DNA of 64,000 nucleotides from Candidatus Latescibacterota bacterium (GCA_965223905.1 CBDCXV010000011.1:1088001-1152000), one strand, 5' to 3'. Numbered from the stretch's first letter, positions 45,019 to 55,970 are shown. Notes: generated by a model from the sequence alone, not told the origin. A program made the numbers and translations.

Positions 45019-46291
45019 CTAGTCCACCTGCTCCCAGGCGGGTCCGGACTCCGCGGCCGCCCACCAGCGCTCGAAGGCGTCCGAATCCTCTGCCTGGTCC
45101 CAGTGGTCGGCGGCGACCGGGGCGGCGTACGAGGGCACGTTGGAGGGCGCATCGAGCCCGTGCAGGCGCTCGAGCGTGCGCACGGAATCGGTGCTGCCGG
45201 GCTTGTCGGGATCGTGGCGGACGTAGACGGCGGTGCCGTCGGCATAGCGCACCCGAACCAGGAAACGCCCCCTTTCCAGCGGCTGCTGCGAGGCGCATTT
45301 CTCGAGCCTGGCGCGGTCGAGGGTGACCCCGAGTCCCGGTGCTTCCGGCACCTGCACGGTGCCGCCGACCACCGGCATCTCCCCGGCGGTGACATCCTCC
45401 TTCCACAGGTGGCAGAGGTTGACGTGATCGATGGTGGCCGCGGGGAAGACCGCGGCCTGGTGGGCGAGGAAGGCCTGGTTGATGACGCCGCCGGCGTTCT
45501 GCAGCATCAGCGGGGTGCGCGTCATCTCGGCCACCGCGGCCAGCTTGGCGGCGCTCCCCACCGGGGCATGGCCGCTCATGAAGCCGTCGCAGATCCTCCG
45601 GACCATGAACTCCGCGGGCCCGTGGTGGGTGATGATGGGGAGCTTGCACTTCTCCTTGAGCAGGCGGTAGCCGTCCTCGTCCCCCGGGTCCATGGGGTCC
45701 TCGATGCGGCCGGCCACCGGGAAGCGCTCGAGCTCCAACAGGATCGGGCAAATGGTGTAGAAGGAGAGGTTGGCGTTGAAGTCGTAGTGCACGCGGAACC
45801 CTTCCGGGGCCGCCTCCTGCATCGCCGCGGTCTGGTCGAGGACGTTCTGCACCTGGTCGAGGTGGAACTTGATCCACCGGTACCCCGCGGCCGCGGCGCG
45901 GCTCACCTCCTCGGCCATGTCCGCGGGGGGCCGCGCCACCGTCCAGGCCGCAACCGGCACCCAGGACCGCACCCTCGGCCCGATCAGCTTCCAGGCCGGC
46001 ACCCCCAGCATCTTCCCCATCAGGTCGTAGGTCGCCATGCAGATCGGCAGGTCGACCTGGGAGTTGATCCAGTCGAACGGATCGGTGCCTACGTAGCGGC
46101 TGCGCAGCTCCTCGACGTCGCCGGCAGGGCCCCACTGTTCCCCCCAGACCCTCCAGGCCGTCGTCGGTCCTGACGATGAAGACGGTGCGCCCCTGGACCT
46201 GGCGGCCGTGGGTGCGCGCCAGGTAGAGGCCGTTGAAATCCTGGAATTCCGGGTAGATGTCGAAGGCTTCGATCTCGGTGATCCGGGCCAT
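45019..46291 (-). CDS. Mandelate racemase/muconate lactonizing enzyme family (enolase superfamily), frameshift at C6 run 46140-46145
   Basis: MARITEIEAF...VRTDDGLEGLG|EQWG...MATYDLMGKMLGVPAWKLIG, WIKFH, YDFN, IEDP, VPEAPGLGV. Confidence 0.85.
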
Positions 46292-46755
46292 GCTCCCCTC
46301 CTGTCGATGGGCGGGGTAACCTACGTTCCCGGGATTTCGCCGTCTACGCGAAGCGGGCACGATCGAACCTCGGCTCGAGGCCGCAAGGGGACCGCCACAC
46401 AGAGGTCCGCCAGACTTCTGCACCAAGGGCCCCATCCCCGTTCGAGGCCGCCAAGGGGACGCAATTTCTCCCTTCCGGCAGGCTCCTGCGGCAGGTAACT
46501 CTGTCGGGCGTTCGGGGCGCCCGGGGACGCAAATCCCCCTCTTGTGGAGGCTCCGCAGCAGGCCCCCGATTCGCCTTGACAGGTTCCCGCGGCGCCCTCA
46601 ACTTGCCGCGGAGGCCGGGAGCTTCAGCGCTGCGGCGGACCGATGGCGGCGGGGTGCTTCATCCGGGCCGCAGAACCGGGGGCCGGTTCCGGCGCGGGAG
46701 TCCGGAAGGCATCTCCCCCACCTATCTTTTGGCAACGGAACTCGAAAGGAAGAAA

Positions 46756-47619
46756 GTGTTGAAAACATTCGGATCCGGTGATCACACCTACAGGGCGGTC
46801 GAAGGCTGGGGCCGCGGCCCGGACGGCTGGAGCTTCGGCATCGTGTCGGCGATGGCCGTCGACTCCGAGGACAACGTCTACGTCATCGACCGCGAGCCGA
46901 ATCCCGCCATCGTCGTGCTCGACCGGTCCGGCAAGCTGCTCGACACCTGGGGCGAGGATTTCTTCAAGGTCCCCCACTCGATATGGATCGGCGACGACCG
47001 CGTCTACATGACCGACTGCGCGCTGCACACCGCCACCATCCACACGCTGCAGGGAGAGCTGCTGCAGACACTGGGCACCCCCGGCGAGCCCGGGGAGCCG
47101 GGCAAGCCGTTCAACGCTCCCACCTGGATGGTCCCCGGAAACCACGGCGACCTCTACGTCACCGACGGGTACCGGCAGAACTACGTGCACCGGTTTTCCG
47201 CCTCCGGCGAGCTGCTGTGCACCTGGGGCGGGGACGGCACCGGGCCCGGGCAGTTCGACATCCCGCACTGCGTCCGCGTCGACAGGAACGACCGCGTCCT
47301 CGTCGTCGACCGCAGCAACGCCCGCGTCCAGATATTCGACGCCGAGGGCAGCTTCCAGGAGGCCTGGACCCACCTGACGCCGGCCAACGACCTCTTCATC
47401 GACGGCGACGACACCGTCTATCTCGCCGAGTCCGAGAAACGGATCAGCATCCTCGACCTCGAGGGGGGCGTCATCTCGCAGTGGGGCGAGGAAGGGGAAG
47501 CGCCGGGCCAGATCGTCGACGCCCCGCACGGCATCTGGGTCGACTCCCGGGGCGACATCTACATGTGCGAGGTCCCCTGGACGCCGAACCGGCTGACCAA
47601 GTACGAACGCGTGAGATAA
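46756..47619 (+). CDS. NHL-repeat protein (peptidyl-alpha-hydroxyglycine alpha-amidating lyase-like)
   Basis: VPHSIW, FNAPT, YVTDGY, GPGQFDIPH, VVDRSNARVQIFD, PHGIWVDSRGDIY. Confidence 0.88.
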   Translation: MLKTFGSGDHTYRAVEGWGRGPDGWSFGIVSAMAVDSEDNVYVIDREPNPAIVVLDRSGKLLDTWGEDFFKVPHSIWIGDDRVYMTDCALHTATIHTLQGELLQTLGTPGEPGEPGKPFNAPTWMVPGNHGDLYVTDGYRQNYVHRFSASGELLCTWGGDGTGPGQFDIPHCVRVDRNDRVLVVDRSNARVQIFDAEGSFQEAWTHLTPANDLFIDGDDTVYLAESEKRISILDLEGGVISQWGEEGEAPGQIVDAPHGIWVDSRGDIYMCEVPWTPNRLTKYERVR

Positions 47620-47636
47620 CGGGGGAGACGGAATCG

Positions 47637-48754
47637 ATGAAGGGTATGCAATGGCTGGCGATCTGGACCGCGGTCGCCTGCACGGCCTCCGCGAGCGGGG
47701 CGCTGACCCTGTTCCGCGTGGGGGGTGAGGGTCTGCCCGAGCCGGAGCTGGAAGTCCCCTTCGACTTCGTCCAGCTCTCATGGGAAGAGCCGGACGCCAA
47801 CCGCTTCGGCGATGAGGTCAGCCTCGATCGCCGGCCCGCCTTCATCACCCCGGAGGTGAGCGACTCCGAGCTGAACCTGTCCCCCACCATGCTGCAGGGG
47901 AACTTCGTTTTTCTGGAGGGCGGGAAATGGGAAATCCCGGAACGGGTGCCGGGGTGGATGGACGTGCGCTTTTCGGTGCGCATGGCGGACGAGGACACCG
48001 AGTCCTACTACACCGATCACAACAGCATGATCTACATGTTCGACCTGCAGAGGCAGATCCATCTCCGGCGCGTCCGCTTCTTCACCCGCCCGGACGACGG
48101 CAACCTCGTCACCTGCGGCTTCGGCATGGCGGAAACCCTCACGGTCTGCCGTTCCGGCGGCATCGACCCGGTGCCGCGGTTCCTGATCGGCACCAGCAAC
48201 GGCGACCCCGCCAGGGAAGGGACGCGGCCCTACACCCTCCCCTACGGAGGCCAGACCGAGCAGTCGCGGCGTTTCGACTTCCACGTCATCCACGAGGGGA
48301 CGGGGAGCAAGGTCGTCGACCTGTAGTCGACAGCGAGCTCCCCTTCGAGGTCCCCCAGCCGGTGGTCGAGGGGGACGCCGACGAACGCAGCGACGGCAAC
48401 CGCCTGCGGGTGGCCCTGACCTCGATTCCCGACAGCCCGATACGCAACCTCCGCCTCTCGTCGCCTGTGGTCACACCCAACGGCGACGGCGTCAACGATC
48501 TCGTCGAGATCGAGTACGAGCTGTTGAACCTGACCGGAAAGGTCCCGGCGGCCATAGGGGTTTACGACCTGTCGGGACGCAAGGTGAGTGAGATCGGCGT
48601 TGGCGCCGGCCCGGTCAGCGGGCTGTTCCGGGTCGAATGGGACGGCTCCGGGGAAGGAGGCACCCTGCCTCCCGGGCTCTACCTCCTGCAGTTGGAGGTC
48701 GAGGCCGACACCGGGCAGGACCAGGCCGGGCGGCTGGTCTCGGTCGCCTACTGA
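47637..48754 (+). pseudogene. Internally deleted FlgD-Ig/T9SS-CTD-like secreted protein
   Basis: Signal MKGMQWLAIW...LFRVGG; this frame stops at 48326. Another frame continues DSELPFEVPQPVVEGDAD...VTPNGDGVND...YDLSGR...WDG...PPGLY...VSVAY. Confidence 0.75.
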
Positions 48755-48942
48755 AGCGGCCGGCCCCGCCGGCTGCGACCCCCTCTGCAAATTCGGGAGC
48801 GGGCCTCTGCCCGTTCCCCGGGCGGCTGGCCCCGGTCGCTTGTGAAGCTGCCGGAACCACGACGGCAGCGACCCCGCCGGGCAAGCCGAGGTTCGCCAAC
48901 CTTCCGCGGCCCCGGCCTTCAGGCGCGGCCCATTCCCCGGGT

Positions 48943-50058
48943 CTATACCCCGTCCTCGCCGTCCGTCAACCAGTCTAAAGAGAAGCGGGCGAAGATCGTG
49001 CGCGGCCCCATCCACAACCAGTAGAGCAGGCCGATCTCATTGTTGGCCAGCACGGTCAGGCAGGAGTACGCCACCGGTCCCTCGTAGATGAGCTTCGAAA
49101 CCGGCCACGTCTTCCCCTCGTCGTAGCTGAGCTTGACCGTCATCCTTTCGCGCGCCGTGCTCGCCGGGTTGGAAAACAGGATGCGGCTCCTGCCGCCGTC
49201 TTCGGCGAACGAATAGCGGATCGAGCAGCCCTGGCAGTGGGAGTCGACGAGCTCCTCGTTATAGATCATCTCCGACCAGGTGTCGCCGCCGTCGCTGCTG
49301 TGCGCCATGCCGCGGCACTTGGGCCCGGTGTACTGCCGCATGTTGAGCTGCAGCGAGCCGTCCTCGAGCTCGACCACGTGGCACTCGTCGGTGTCGGGCG
49401 GCAGGCTGCCGCCGACCTTCCAGGTCTCGCCGCGGTCGTCGCTGTAGAAGACGTGCGAGTGCTGGGCGTGGTGGATGCCGCCGTGCTCGAAGTAGTCGAG
49501 GAACGGCTCGACCCTCTCGCTGTGGTCGCAGGGGATGAGGATGCGGCCCTTGTGCGGCTGCCGCTGCTTCTGGATTCCCGCCCCGGGACCGCAGGCGTAG
49601 AACCCCCATCCGGGCCGCCTCACCTGTTCGGTGATGTCGCGCCGCGGCGACCAGGTGGCGCCGTCGTCGTGGTAGTCGCTGTGGATGGCCTTGACCTGGT
49701 TGTCGTTGGCGAACACCCCGTCGCGGACCTTCTCCCGCTCCTGGTGGTTGTAGGTCAGCCAGATGGCGCCTGAGACCTGGTCGACGACGGCGCAGGGGTT
49801 GGTGATCTGCTTGCCCCGGGGAGACTCGGCGAGCAGCTGCAGGCCGCCCCAGGTGCGGCCGTTGTCGAAGCTGCGCTTGAGGACGATGTGGGAGGTGTAG
49901 CGCTCCTGCGGGGTCTTGCGGTTCTCCCGCCACGCCGACTCGCAGAAGGCGAGGAGCGTCCCCTTCCTGCTCGTGACGATGGAGGGGACCCCGTACTCGT
50001 CGAAGCCGTCCCCGTCGACGAAGACATCGGTCTCGAACAGTCCTTCGGTCGCGCTCAT
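48943..50058 (-). CDS. Sialidase-like (BNR/Asp-box, GH33-like) protein
   Basis: SFDNGRTW, SDDRGETW, SSDGGDTW, SYDEGKTW; TDEC, LNMR, CQG, AYS. Confidence 0.88.
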   Translation of the reverse strand: MSATEGLFETDVFVDGDGFDEYGVPSIVTSRKGTLLAFCESAWRENRKTPQERYTSHIVLKRSFDNGRTWGGLQLLAESPRGKQITNPCAVVDQVSGAIWLTYNHQEREKVRDGVFANDNQVKAIHSDYHDDGATWSPRRDITEQVRRPGWGFYACGPGAGIQKQRQPHKGRILIPCDHSERVEPFLDYFEHGGIHHAQHSHVFYSDDRGETWKVGGSLPPDTDECHVVELEDGSLQLNMRQYTGPKCRGMAHSSDGGDTWSEMIYNEELVDSHCQGCSIRYSFAEDGGRSRILFSNPASTARERMTVKLSYDEGKTWPVSKLIYEGPVAYSCLTVLANNEIGLLYWLWMGPRTIFARFSLDWLTDGEDGV

Positions 50059-50277
50059 GAAATCGATCCTTTCGGTTGGTGATCGCCGCTGCAGGAAGGG
50101 CGGAGAATAGGACGGCTCCGGGGGCGCCGGCAAGCGGCCCGAACCGTGTCCGGAGTGGGCAATTGCCGTGGCCTGCACGCCCATCGCGAGCCGGACCGAG
50201 GTCAGCTTCCGCTGTTTCCCGGGTTGAATTCCCGCCTCGAACGCCGGCCGGGACGCCCGTGATGCAGGGTCCCCCCC

Positions 50278-51492
50278 TCATTCTGGGCTTGTGGTTCCAG
50301 GGTCGGAGTACAGCCAGGCGATCGGACGGATGACCATCTTGCGGTAGCGAGGCCAGGAGGGTGGATCCGTGGAAGCATCCAGCCGCGGGCCGAAATCGTA
50401 GAGCAGGGCAACTTCGTCCCCGAAGAAATGCGCGTTCGGGTACGACACGTAAATCATGCCGGCCGGAAGCTCGCCGAGTTCCTTCTCGCCGCGCACCATG
50501 CCGATTTCGTCGTCGGGGGCAATGCGCTCCGATCGATCCGCCGGACCACCGGCTTCCAGTGTCTTGAAGTGCCTCCAACTGACTCCGTCATCCGTCGAGA
50601 CGGCGAGCGACAGCCGCGACCGGCGGAAACCGCGGCGGATCTCGTCGCCGCTCACCTGGTTCCACACGCAGAGCAGATCGCCGGTGGCCGGGATCGTGCG
50701 CAGGCGGCAGGGCGAATAGGAGCTGGCGAGTTCCGTCGGCTGCGGCAACGACCAGGTTAGTCCCTCGTCATCGCTGAAACTCTGGTACAGGCGGCCCAGC
50801 GTCGTGCGGAACATCATCAGGAGCCTGCCGTCGCGGAGCTGGACGGCGCCGGGTTCGTCGCAGGGCCACATGCCGCCGAAACCGTCCCGATGCCAGATCA
50901 CGATGTCCTGGGGGCCCCGTTTCCAGGTGGCGCCCTCGTCGTCCGAGAAGTACACCTGGCTCGTGTCGATCTCCGGGCTGTGCGCGTGGCCCTCTACGCT
51001 GAAACGCTTCCCCTGGAAGGTGGCGTAGGCGCCGGCGCCCTTCAGCTCCGGAAACGTGCAGGTCGGACAGAACCGCGTGGGCAGAACCAGGCGGCCCGAC
51101 CGGAGCTGGAAGAGCACGTCGTGATAGTTGCTCGAGGTCTCACCGGGCAGGTTGATGGCCGTCTCTTCCGACCATGACCCCCCTTCGTCGCCGGAGGTGC
51201 GGAAACGGAGCACGTACCCGGACAATGTTCCGCCGCCTCGACCACTGGAGCGACCGTAGAGGAGGCCGAGCCTGCCCGACTGCAGACGCACCAGGCAGGT
51301 AGGGTCGCCTGTCCCGACGATGGGGTCGCCGCCGGCCTGAAGGGGTTCGCTCGCCGACCAGGTTCCCCCGCGGTCATCGGAGTAGCTGACATGCAGTCCC
51401 GACCAGACCATCATCCACCGCCCATCCTTCAGCTCGACCATACCCCCGCGCCCTCCCGGGGCGCGGCCTTCAAAAACCTGGAAATCCGACAT
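50278..51492 (-). CDS. Sialidase-like BNR-repeat protein
   Basis: SDDRGGTW, SGDEGGSW, SDDEGATW, SDDEGLTW, STDDGVSW; DEP, FRT, SYP; ATG 51492. Confidence 0.85.
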   Translation of the reverse strand: MSDFQVFEGRAPGGRGGMVELKDGRWMMVWSGLHVSYSDDRGGTWSASEPLQAGGDPIVGTGDPTCLVRLQSGRLGLLYGRSSGRGGGTLSGYVLRFRTSGDEGGSWSEETAINLPGETSSNYHDVLFQLRSGRLVLPTRFCPTCTFPELKGAGAYATFQGKRFSVEGHAHSPEIDTSQVYFSDDEGATWKRGPQDIVIWHRDGFGGMWPCDEPGAVQLRDGRLLMMFRTTLGRLYQSFSDDEGLTWSLPQPTELASSYSPCRLRTIPATGDLLCVWNQVSGDEIRRGFRRSRLSLAVSTDDGVSWRHFKTLEAGGPADRSERIAPDDEIGMVRGEKELGELPAGMIYVSYPNAHFFGDEVALLYDFGPRLDASTDPPSWPRYRKMVIRPIAWLYSDPGTTSPE

Positions 51493-51509
51493 TGTTGGTG
51501 TCCTTTCGG

Positions 51510-53383
51510 TCAGGCGGTCAGCTCGAGGGCGCCGCCGATCTCGACCTCGATATCGAGGTCGGCCGCTCCGCCGTCCACCGGAAGCCGCAGGCCCTGCCGC
51601 TCCGCCAGGAAGCGGTCGCGAATCCCCACCTCGAGCCGTTCCGTCCGCCATCCCTCCAGGCGGCAGCAGAGCCGCCCCCTGCTGCTGCCGTTGAGGATCC
51701 ACAGGCGCCGCACCTGCGGCGAGGGCAGCTCGAAAACTCCCGGGGCATCCGGGGTGAAGATGCCCCCCACACGGCCTCCTCCTCCTTGTGCACGGAGAAC
51801 AGCGAGTGGTGGGCATCGGCGCCGAGCACCCGGTGGCGTCCGAACAGCAGCAGGTCGCGGTGCTCGCGGTACCACGCGAGCCAGGCGCGCACCACCCGCC
51901 TGTGCGCCTCCGGCAGGGCGCGCAGGTCCATCGACAGCATGGGGACGGCGCTGGTGACCAGCCCGGCCATGAAGCGGGCGACGTTCTCCACCGGCTCCTG
52001 CGGCAGCCAGTAGGCCGGGTCGGTGTGCGGGGCGACGTTGCCTTCGGGGCCGGCCCCGGGATCGAGGATGTAGCTCCTCAGACGGGTGCACATGCGGCGG
52101 ATGTGGTCGCCGTCGAAGGGGGCGTCCTGGGCGCGGTGGCTGGTGGCGAAGGGGCGCGTCGCCAAGGGTCGAGTAGTTCATGCGGAACTCGATCAGGGCG
52201 TCCGGGCGCACCGCCGTGATCGAGCGGTGCATCTCCGCCAGCAGGGTCTGCACCGCTTCCCCGAAGTCGTCGATGTCGTGGGCGTGCGCCGCCTGGCAGG
52301 GCTGTGAGGCGAGCTCCCTCAGGGGATCGATGAAGTCGATCTTGAGGCCGTCGACCGGGTAGGTGCGCAGCAGGTGTCCGACCATGCGCGCGGCATAGGC
52401 GCGCACCTCCGGGCAGCGCGGGCAGAGGAACTGCTCGGGCCGCTCCTGACCCTCCGGGTGAAAGAGATGCCCGGCGACGAAGGGCTCCCGGACGATCTCG
52501 CCGAGGCGGAAGATCGGCGCGCACCAGAGCAGGATCCGGAGGCCTTCTTCCTGCACCTGGCGGGCCAGCCCGGCCATGTCGGGAAACTTGCTCTCGTCGG
52601 CGATGTAGTGCCCCGTCTCCTCGTCGAAATGGTCGCGCACGAACCAGCCGTCGTCGACGATGATCGACCCGAACCCCCAGTCCCTCAGCAGCGGCGCCAT
52701 GCCGAGGATGTAGGCAGCGTCGACGTCCCCCTTGATCCCGTACCACGAGCACCAGACCGGGTCCCAGGAGGCCGCGGGAGCCCCGGCGATCCGGACCTGG
52801 TGAAAGCGGTCGTACTGGCGGGCGAAGGCGCGCACCGCGTCGAAGAGATGGCGCGGCGCCCGCGACAGGTAGACGCCGTCCCGCCACTCGGAGGTCTTGA
52901 GGGAAGGGCGCTTCAGCTCGACCGCGGCGTCCTCGTCATAACAGCTCTGGCGGATGTCCGCGGCGCGGACGTGATCCATGAAACCGATGCAGAAGCGGTT
53001 GCCGTCGTCGCGGTTGAGCAGGGCGATGAAGGGGAAGGACCAGGCGGCGAAGGTGCGCTCCTCCACGCCCCAGGGCAGGCTGATCAGGTCGCGCTTGCCG
53101 ATCGCCTCGTACAGCGCCGGCACGAACACGCGGTGCAGGTCGACGGCAGGCACCCCGGTCGAGACCGTGCAATTCACCACCTCGAAGGGGGCTCCGTCCC
53201 TGCGGCGCAGCGACCAGCGAAGGAGCCGGCTGTCGGCATCGGGGGCTGTGACCTCGGTCCGCCACTCGTACAGGCCGCCGGCCCCCTGCCCCGGGGAGAC
53301 CGGGTCGAACCCCTCCATGGGGGGATCCGTTTCGATGGATACGGTCAGCGTCAGACCGGAAAATCGAAGGTGTGCGGCATCAT
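51510..53383 (-). CDS. Glycoside hydrolase family 36 (alpha-galactosidase-like), three frameshifts
   Basis: WCSWYG, VDDGWF, KFPDM, GLKIDF, IEFRMNY. RBS GGAGGAG plus ATG 53383 (MMPHTFDF) needs an indel near 53360. The segment ATRPFA...RAQDAPFD lies in ORF 51518-52165 between indels near 52165 and 51765. Confidence 0.82.
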
Positions 53384-53416
53384 GCTCCTCCTCCAGGGGT
53401 TTGGTGATGCTTGAGG

Positions 53417-53518
53417 TCAACAGCCCGGCGACTGAGAGTGGTCCCGGCAGGTTTCTGCCGTCGAGCAAAGAGCGGCGATGGCCCTCAGCATCGGCGTCTG
53501 AATCGAGGTCAGGGGGAC
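53417..53518 (-). pseudogene. Possible N-terminal remnant of an AbiEii-type nucleotidyltransferase toxin
   Basis: VPLTSIQTPMLRAIAA overlaps the stop of the 91 aa gene and resembles the MPLTxxQxxxLRxxA start of such toxins (recall, not searched). Confidence 0.4.
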
Positions 53519-53784
53519 AGTCTGGCGGCGAGGAGGAAACCCCGGCGACCTCCGTGTAACCGCAGACCGCGAGCCACCTCCGGTACGTCCTCCAAGGTGA
53601 TCTCCATATCGGGCGGCATGTACCAGAAGCATTGCGCGTGGAAGTCTCGGAAGGCGCGGCGGGCTTCGCGGACCCGGACCACGTCGAGGGCCTCCTCGGA
53701 GGAAAGGTGCCGGCGGCTCTTCCTGCTGTCTGTGCTCCCGGTCTCCGCCGGCCGGGTGCTTGAGTTCACTGAAGGGGTGTCCAT
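53509..53784 (-). CDS. Small hypothetical protein, likely antitoxin partner of AbiEii-type toxins
   Basis: ARRAFRDFHAQCFWYM...ITLEDVPEVARGLRLHGGRRGFLLAARL; family recognised from memory. Confidence 0.6.
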   Translation of the reverse strand: MDTPSVNSSTRPAETGSTDSRKSRRHLSSEEALDVVRVREARRAFRDFHAQCFWYMPPDMEITLEDVPEVARGLRLHGGRRGFLLAARLSP

Positions 53785-53924
53785 TATCTGCGTGTTTCCA
53801 TCATGGGTCTCTCATGTTTGAGGAAACATCGAGCAGGCACCTCCCGCAAGGAATCGGAGGCTAGCGTCCGGCCCCAATTGCCCGGCAGTTCGCGCCCCAA
53901 ACCAGCGGAGCCAAAACCCGCAGG

Positions 53925-54809
53925 CTATTCCACCGAGTTGGCGGCGATGAAAGCCTCCATCTCGCGAAAGGCCTGGTCCCGCTTCTCCCGCAGATCGTCC
54001 CTGGGGCAGATCGCCAGACAGGTGGTCAGGCCGCCGTCCACGGTGATCTCCTGCCCGGTGACGAAACGGGCTTCATCGGAGGCGAGGTAGACCGCCAGGT
54101 AGGCGATGTCGACGGGCTCGCCGACCATCTCCAGGGGCTGGAAGCTCCAGTGCACGATGCGGCTGCGGTCGCCGAAGCGCTCGACGAATTCGGCGCGCGC
54201 CTCCGGCTTGAGGTTCTCCGGCACCAGGTCGCGGTCGCCGCCGAGGTAGATGGCGCCGGGACTGATGACGTTGACGCGGATGCCGAAAGGGGCCAGCTCC
54301 GCGGCCAGGGCCCGGGTGCCGGCGATGATGCCTCCCTTGGAGGTGGCGTACACCGTGTTGCCGGGGCTGCCCTCGATCCCGTGAACGGAGGCGACGTTGA
54401 CAATCGACCCGCGGCCGCGCGCCTTCATCAGGGGGACGGCCAGCTGGCAGCCGAGGTGCATGCCGCGCAGGTTGGTGTCCATCAGGCGGTCGTAGTCCTC
54501 GTCCTTCACCTGCTCGACCGGATCGCCGATGCCGATACCGGCGTTGTTGAGGAGGATGTCGAGGCCGCCGAAGCGCTCCTTCACGGCGGCGAACAGGCCC
54601 TCCATCTGCTCACGCACCCCGACATCGGCAGGCAGGGCCAGAACCTCGCCGCCCGCTTCCTCGATTTCCGATTTCACCCGTTCCAGCTTTTCCGCGGAGC
54701 GCGCCGCGATGGCGACCTTGGCCCCGTGCTGGGCGAACAGCAGGGCGATGCCGCGGCCGATGCCCTGGCCGCCCCCGGTTATGACGGCGATCCGGTCCTT
54801 GAGTCTCAT
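53925..54809 (-). CDS. Short-chain dehydrogenase/reductase (SDR)
   Basis: TGGGQGIG, NNAG, YATSK, VNVISPG, VDGG. Confidence 0.95.
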   Translation of the reverse strand: MRLKDRIAVITGGGQGIGRGIALLFAQHGAKVAIAARSAEKLERVKSEIEEAGGEVLALPADVGVREQMEGLFAAVKERFGGLDILLNNAGIGIGDPVEQVKDEDYDRLMDTNLRGMHLGCQLAVPLMKARGRGSIVNVASVHGIEGSPGNTVYATSKGGIIAGTRALAAELAPFGIRVNVISPGAIYLGGDRDLVPENLKPEARAEFVERFGDRSRIVHWSFQPLEMVGEPVDIAYLAVYLASDEARFVTGQEITVDGGLTTCLAICPRDDLREKRDQAFREMEAFIAANSVE

Positions 54810-55019
54810 GTGCTCTTGTCTTTGGCTTCGGAAGTTATACGTCGGTCAGTTCGGCAGGTTCTAATCCACCGACCTGGCCCAGAACTGCATCATGGGCCTG
54901 GGAAGGTCGCTGTAACCCCCGGCCGGACATCCCAATACCTGATCGGAAACCCGGCGCAATTGTCGGTAGGTTCGCGAATGGGCAAAACGGCGATAGCCGA
55001 TATATGCGCCTCCACCTCC

Positions 55020-55934
55020 TCAATCCTCCGTAAAGTAATCCAGATCTATCCTCTTCAATTCGAATGTGTCTTCTGTCGCCACACCGACGCCATGGTCGAT
55101 CATGAGCTCGGCGAGCTCGGGTCCTCCGATCAGAATAATCTTGGTCTCGATATTCTCCACGTACCCATCAGCCTCGCGAGAGAATGTGGAAGTTGTGATA
55201 AAAACTCCCTTGCGTGCTCGCTGCCCTTGCAGAGCTCCGGCGAACTTCTGGACCTCGGGCCTGCCGACGACACTCTCCCATCGCTTTGCCTGCACGTAGA
55301 TGATGTCCAGGCCCAAGCGATCCTCCTTGATGATCCCGTCGATGCCTTCATCCCCCGAGCGTCCTATGGCTTCACCGGCTTCTTGCCGGGAGCCCCCGTA
55401 CCCCATGCGGACGAGCAGATCCACGACGAGGCGCTCAAAGAATTCCGGGGACGACTTCTTTATCGTTTCCAGAAGATCATCCGAGAGATTCTTCCGCAAC
55501 GCCATATAGGCATCCTGAAGAGTTTCTTCGGGGGTGTTCGCGGGACTCTCACCTTCTTCGGTTTCGCCCACTTCTGGTGCACGCGGACGGGAGGATTGTT
55601 TAAATATTTGGAAATCATCGAATTGTTCGAGGAATTTTGCATTGATCCGAGAAGGTTTTTCGTCAAGGATTCTGCGGCCCCGGTCGGTAATGCAAAAGAA
55701 ACCCCTCCTGGGAGAATCCAATAAACCGGCTTTTTTCAGATAAGTTCGCGCCCAAGCGACACGATTGTGAAGCTTCGATTGCTTGCCACTCGGCAGGAGT
55801 TCCCTTTTCTCATCTTCCGTCAGGGCAAAACGCTCTGCGAGTATATCGACAGCTTTGCGGAGTTGCAGGGTTTCGCCCTCCCCGGCCAACTCAAGCAAGG
55901 GCAACATGATGGATTGGAAATCTGGAACAGCCAT
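55020..55934 (-). CDS. mrr: Mrr family type IV restriction endonuclease
   Basis: MAVPDFQSIMLPLL, NRVAWARTYLKKAGL, FERLVVDLL, GDEGIDGII...YVQAKRW; lower GC. Confidence 0.95.
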   Translation of the reverse strand: MAVPDFQSIMLPLLELAGEGETLQLRKAVDILAERFALTEDEKRELLPSGKQSKLHNRVAWARTYLKKAGLLDSPRRGFFCITDRGRRILDEKPSRINAKFLEQFDDFQIFKQSSRPRAPEVGETEEGESPANTPEETLQDAYMALRKNLSDDLLETIKKSSPEFFERLVVDLLVRMGYGGSRQEAGEAIGRSGDEGIDGIIKEDRLGLDIIYVQAKRWESVVGRPEVQKFAGALQGQRARKGVFITTSTFSREADGYVENIETKIILIGGPELAELMIDHGVGVATEDTFELKRIDLDYFTED

Positions 55935-55970
55935 GGAATTTCCTTTATGTGCAAATTTCTATTTGGTTCC

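Noticed and set aside
48324-48326. TAG readthrough (pyrrolysine)
   Set aside because: The downstream domain is in a different frame, so readthrough would not restore the protein.
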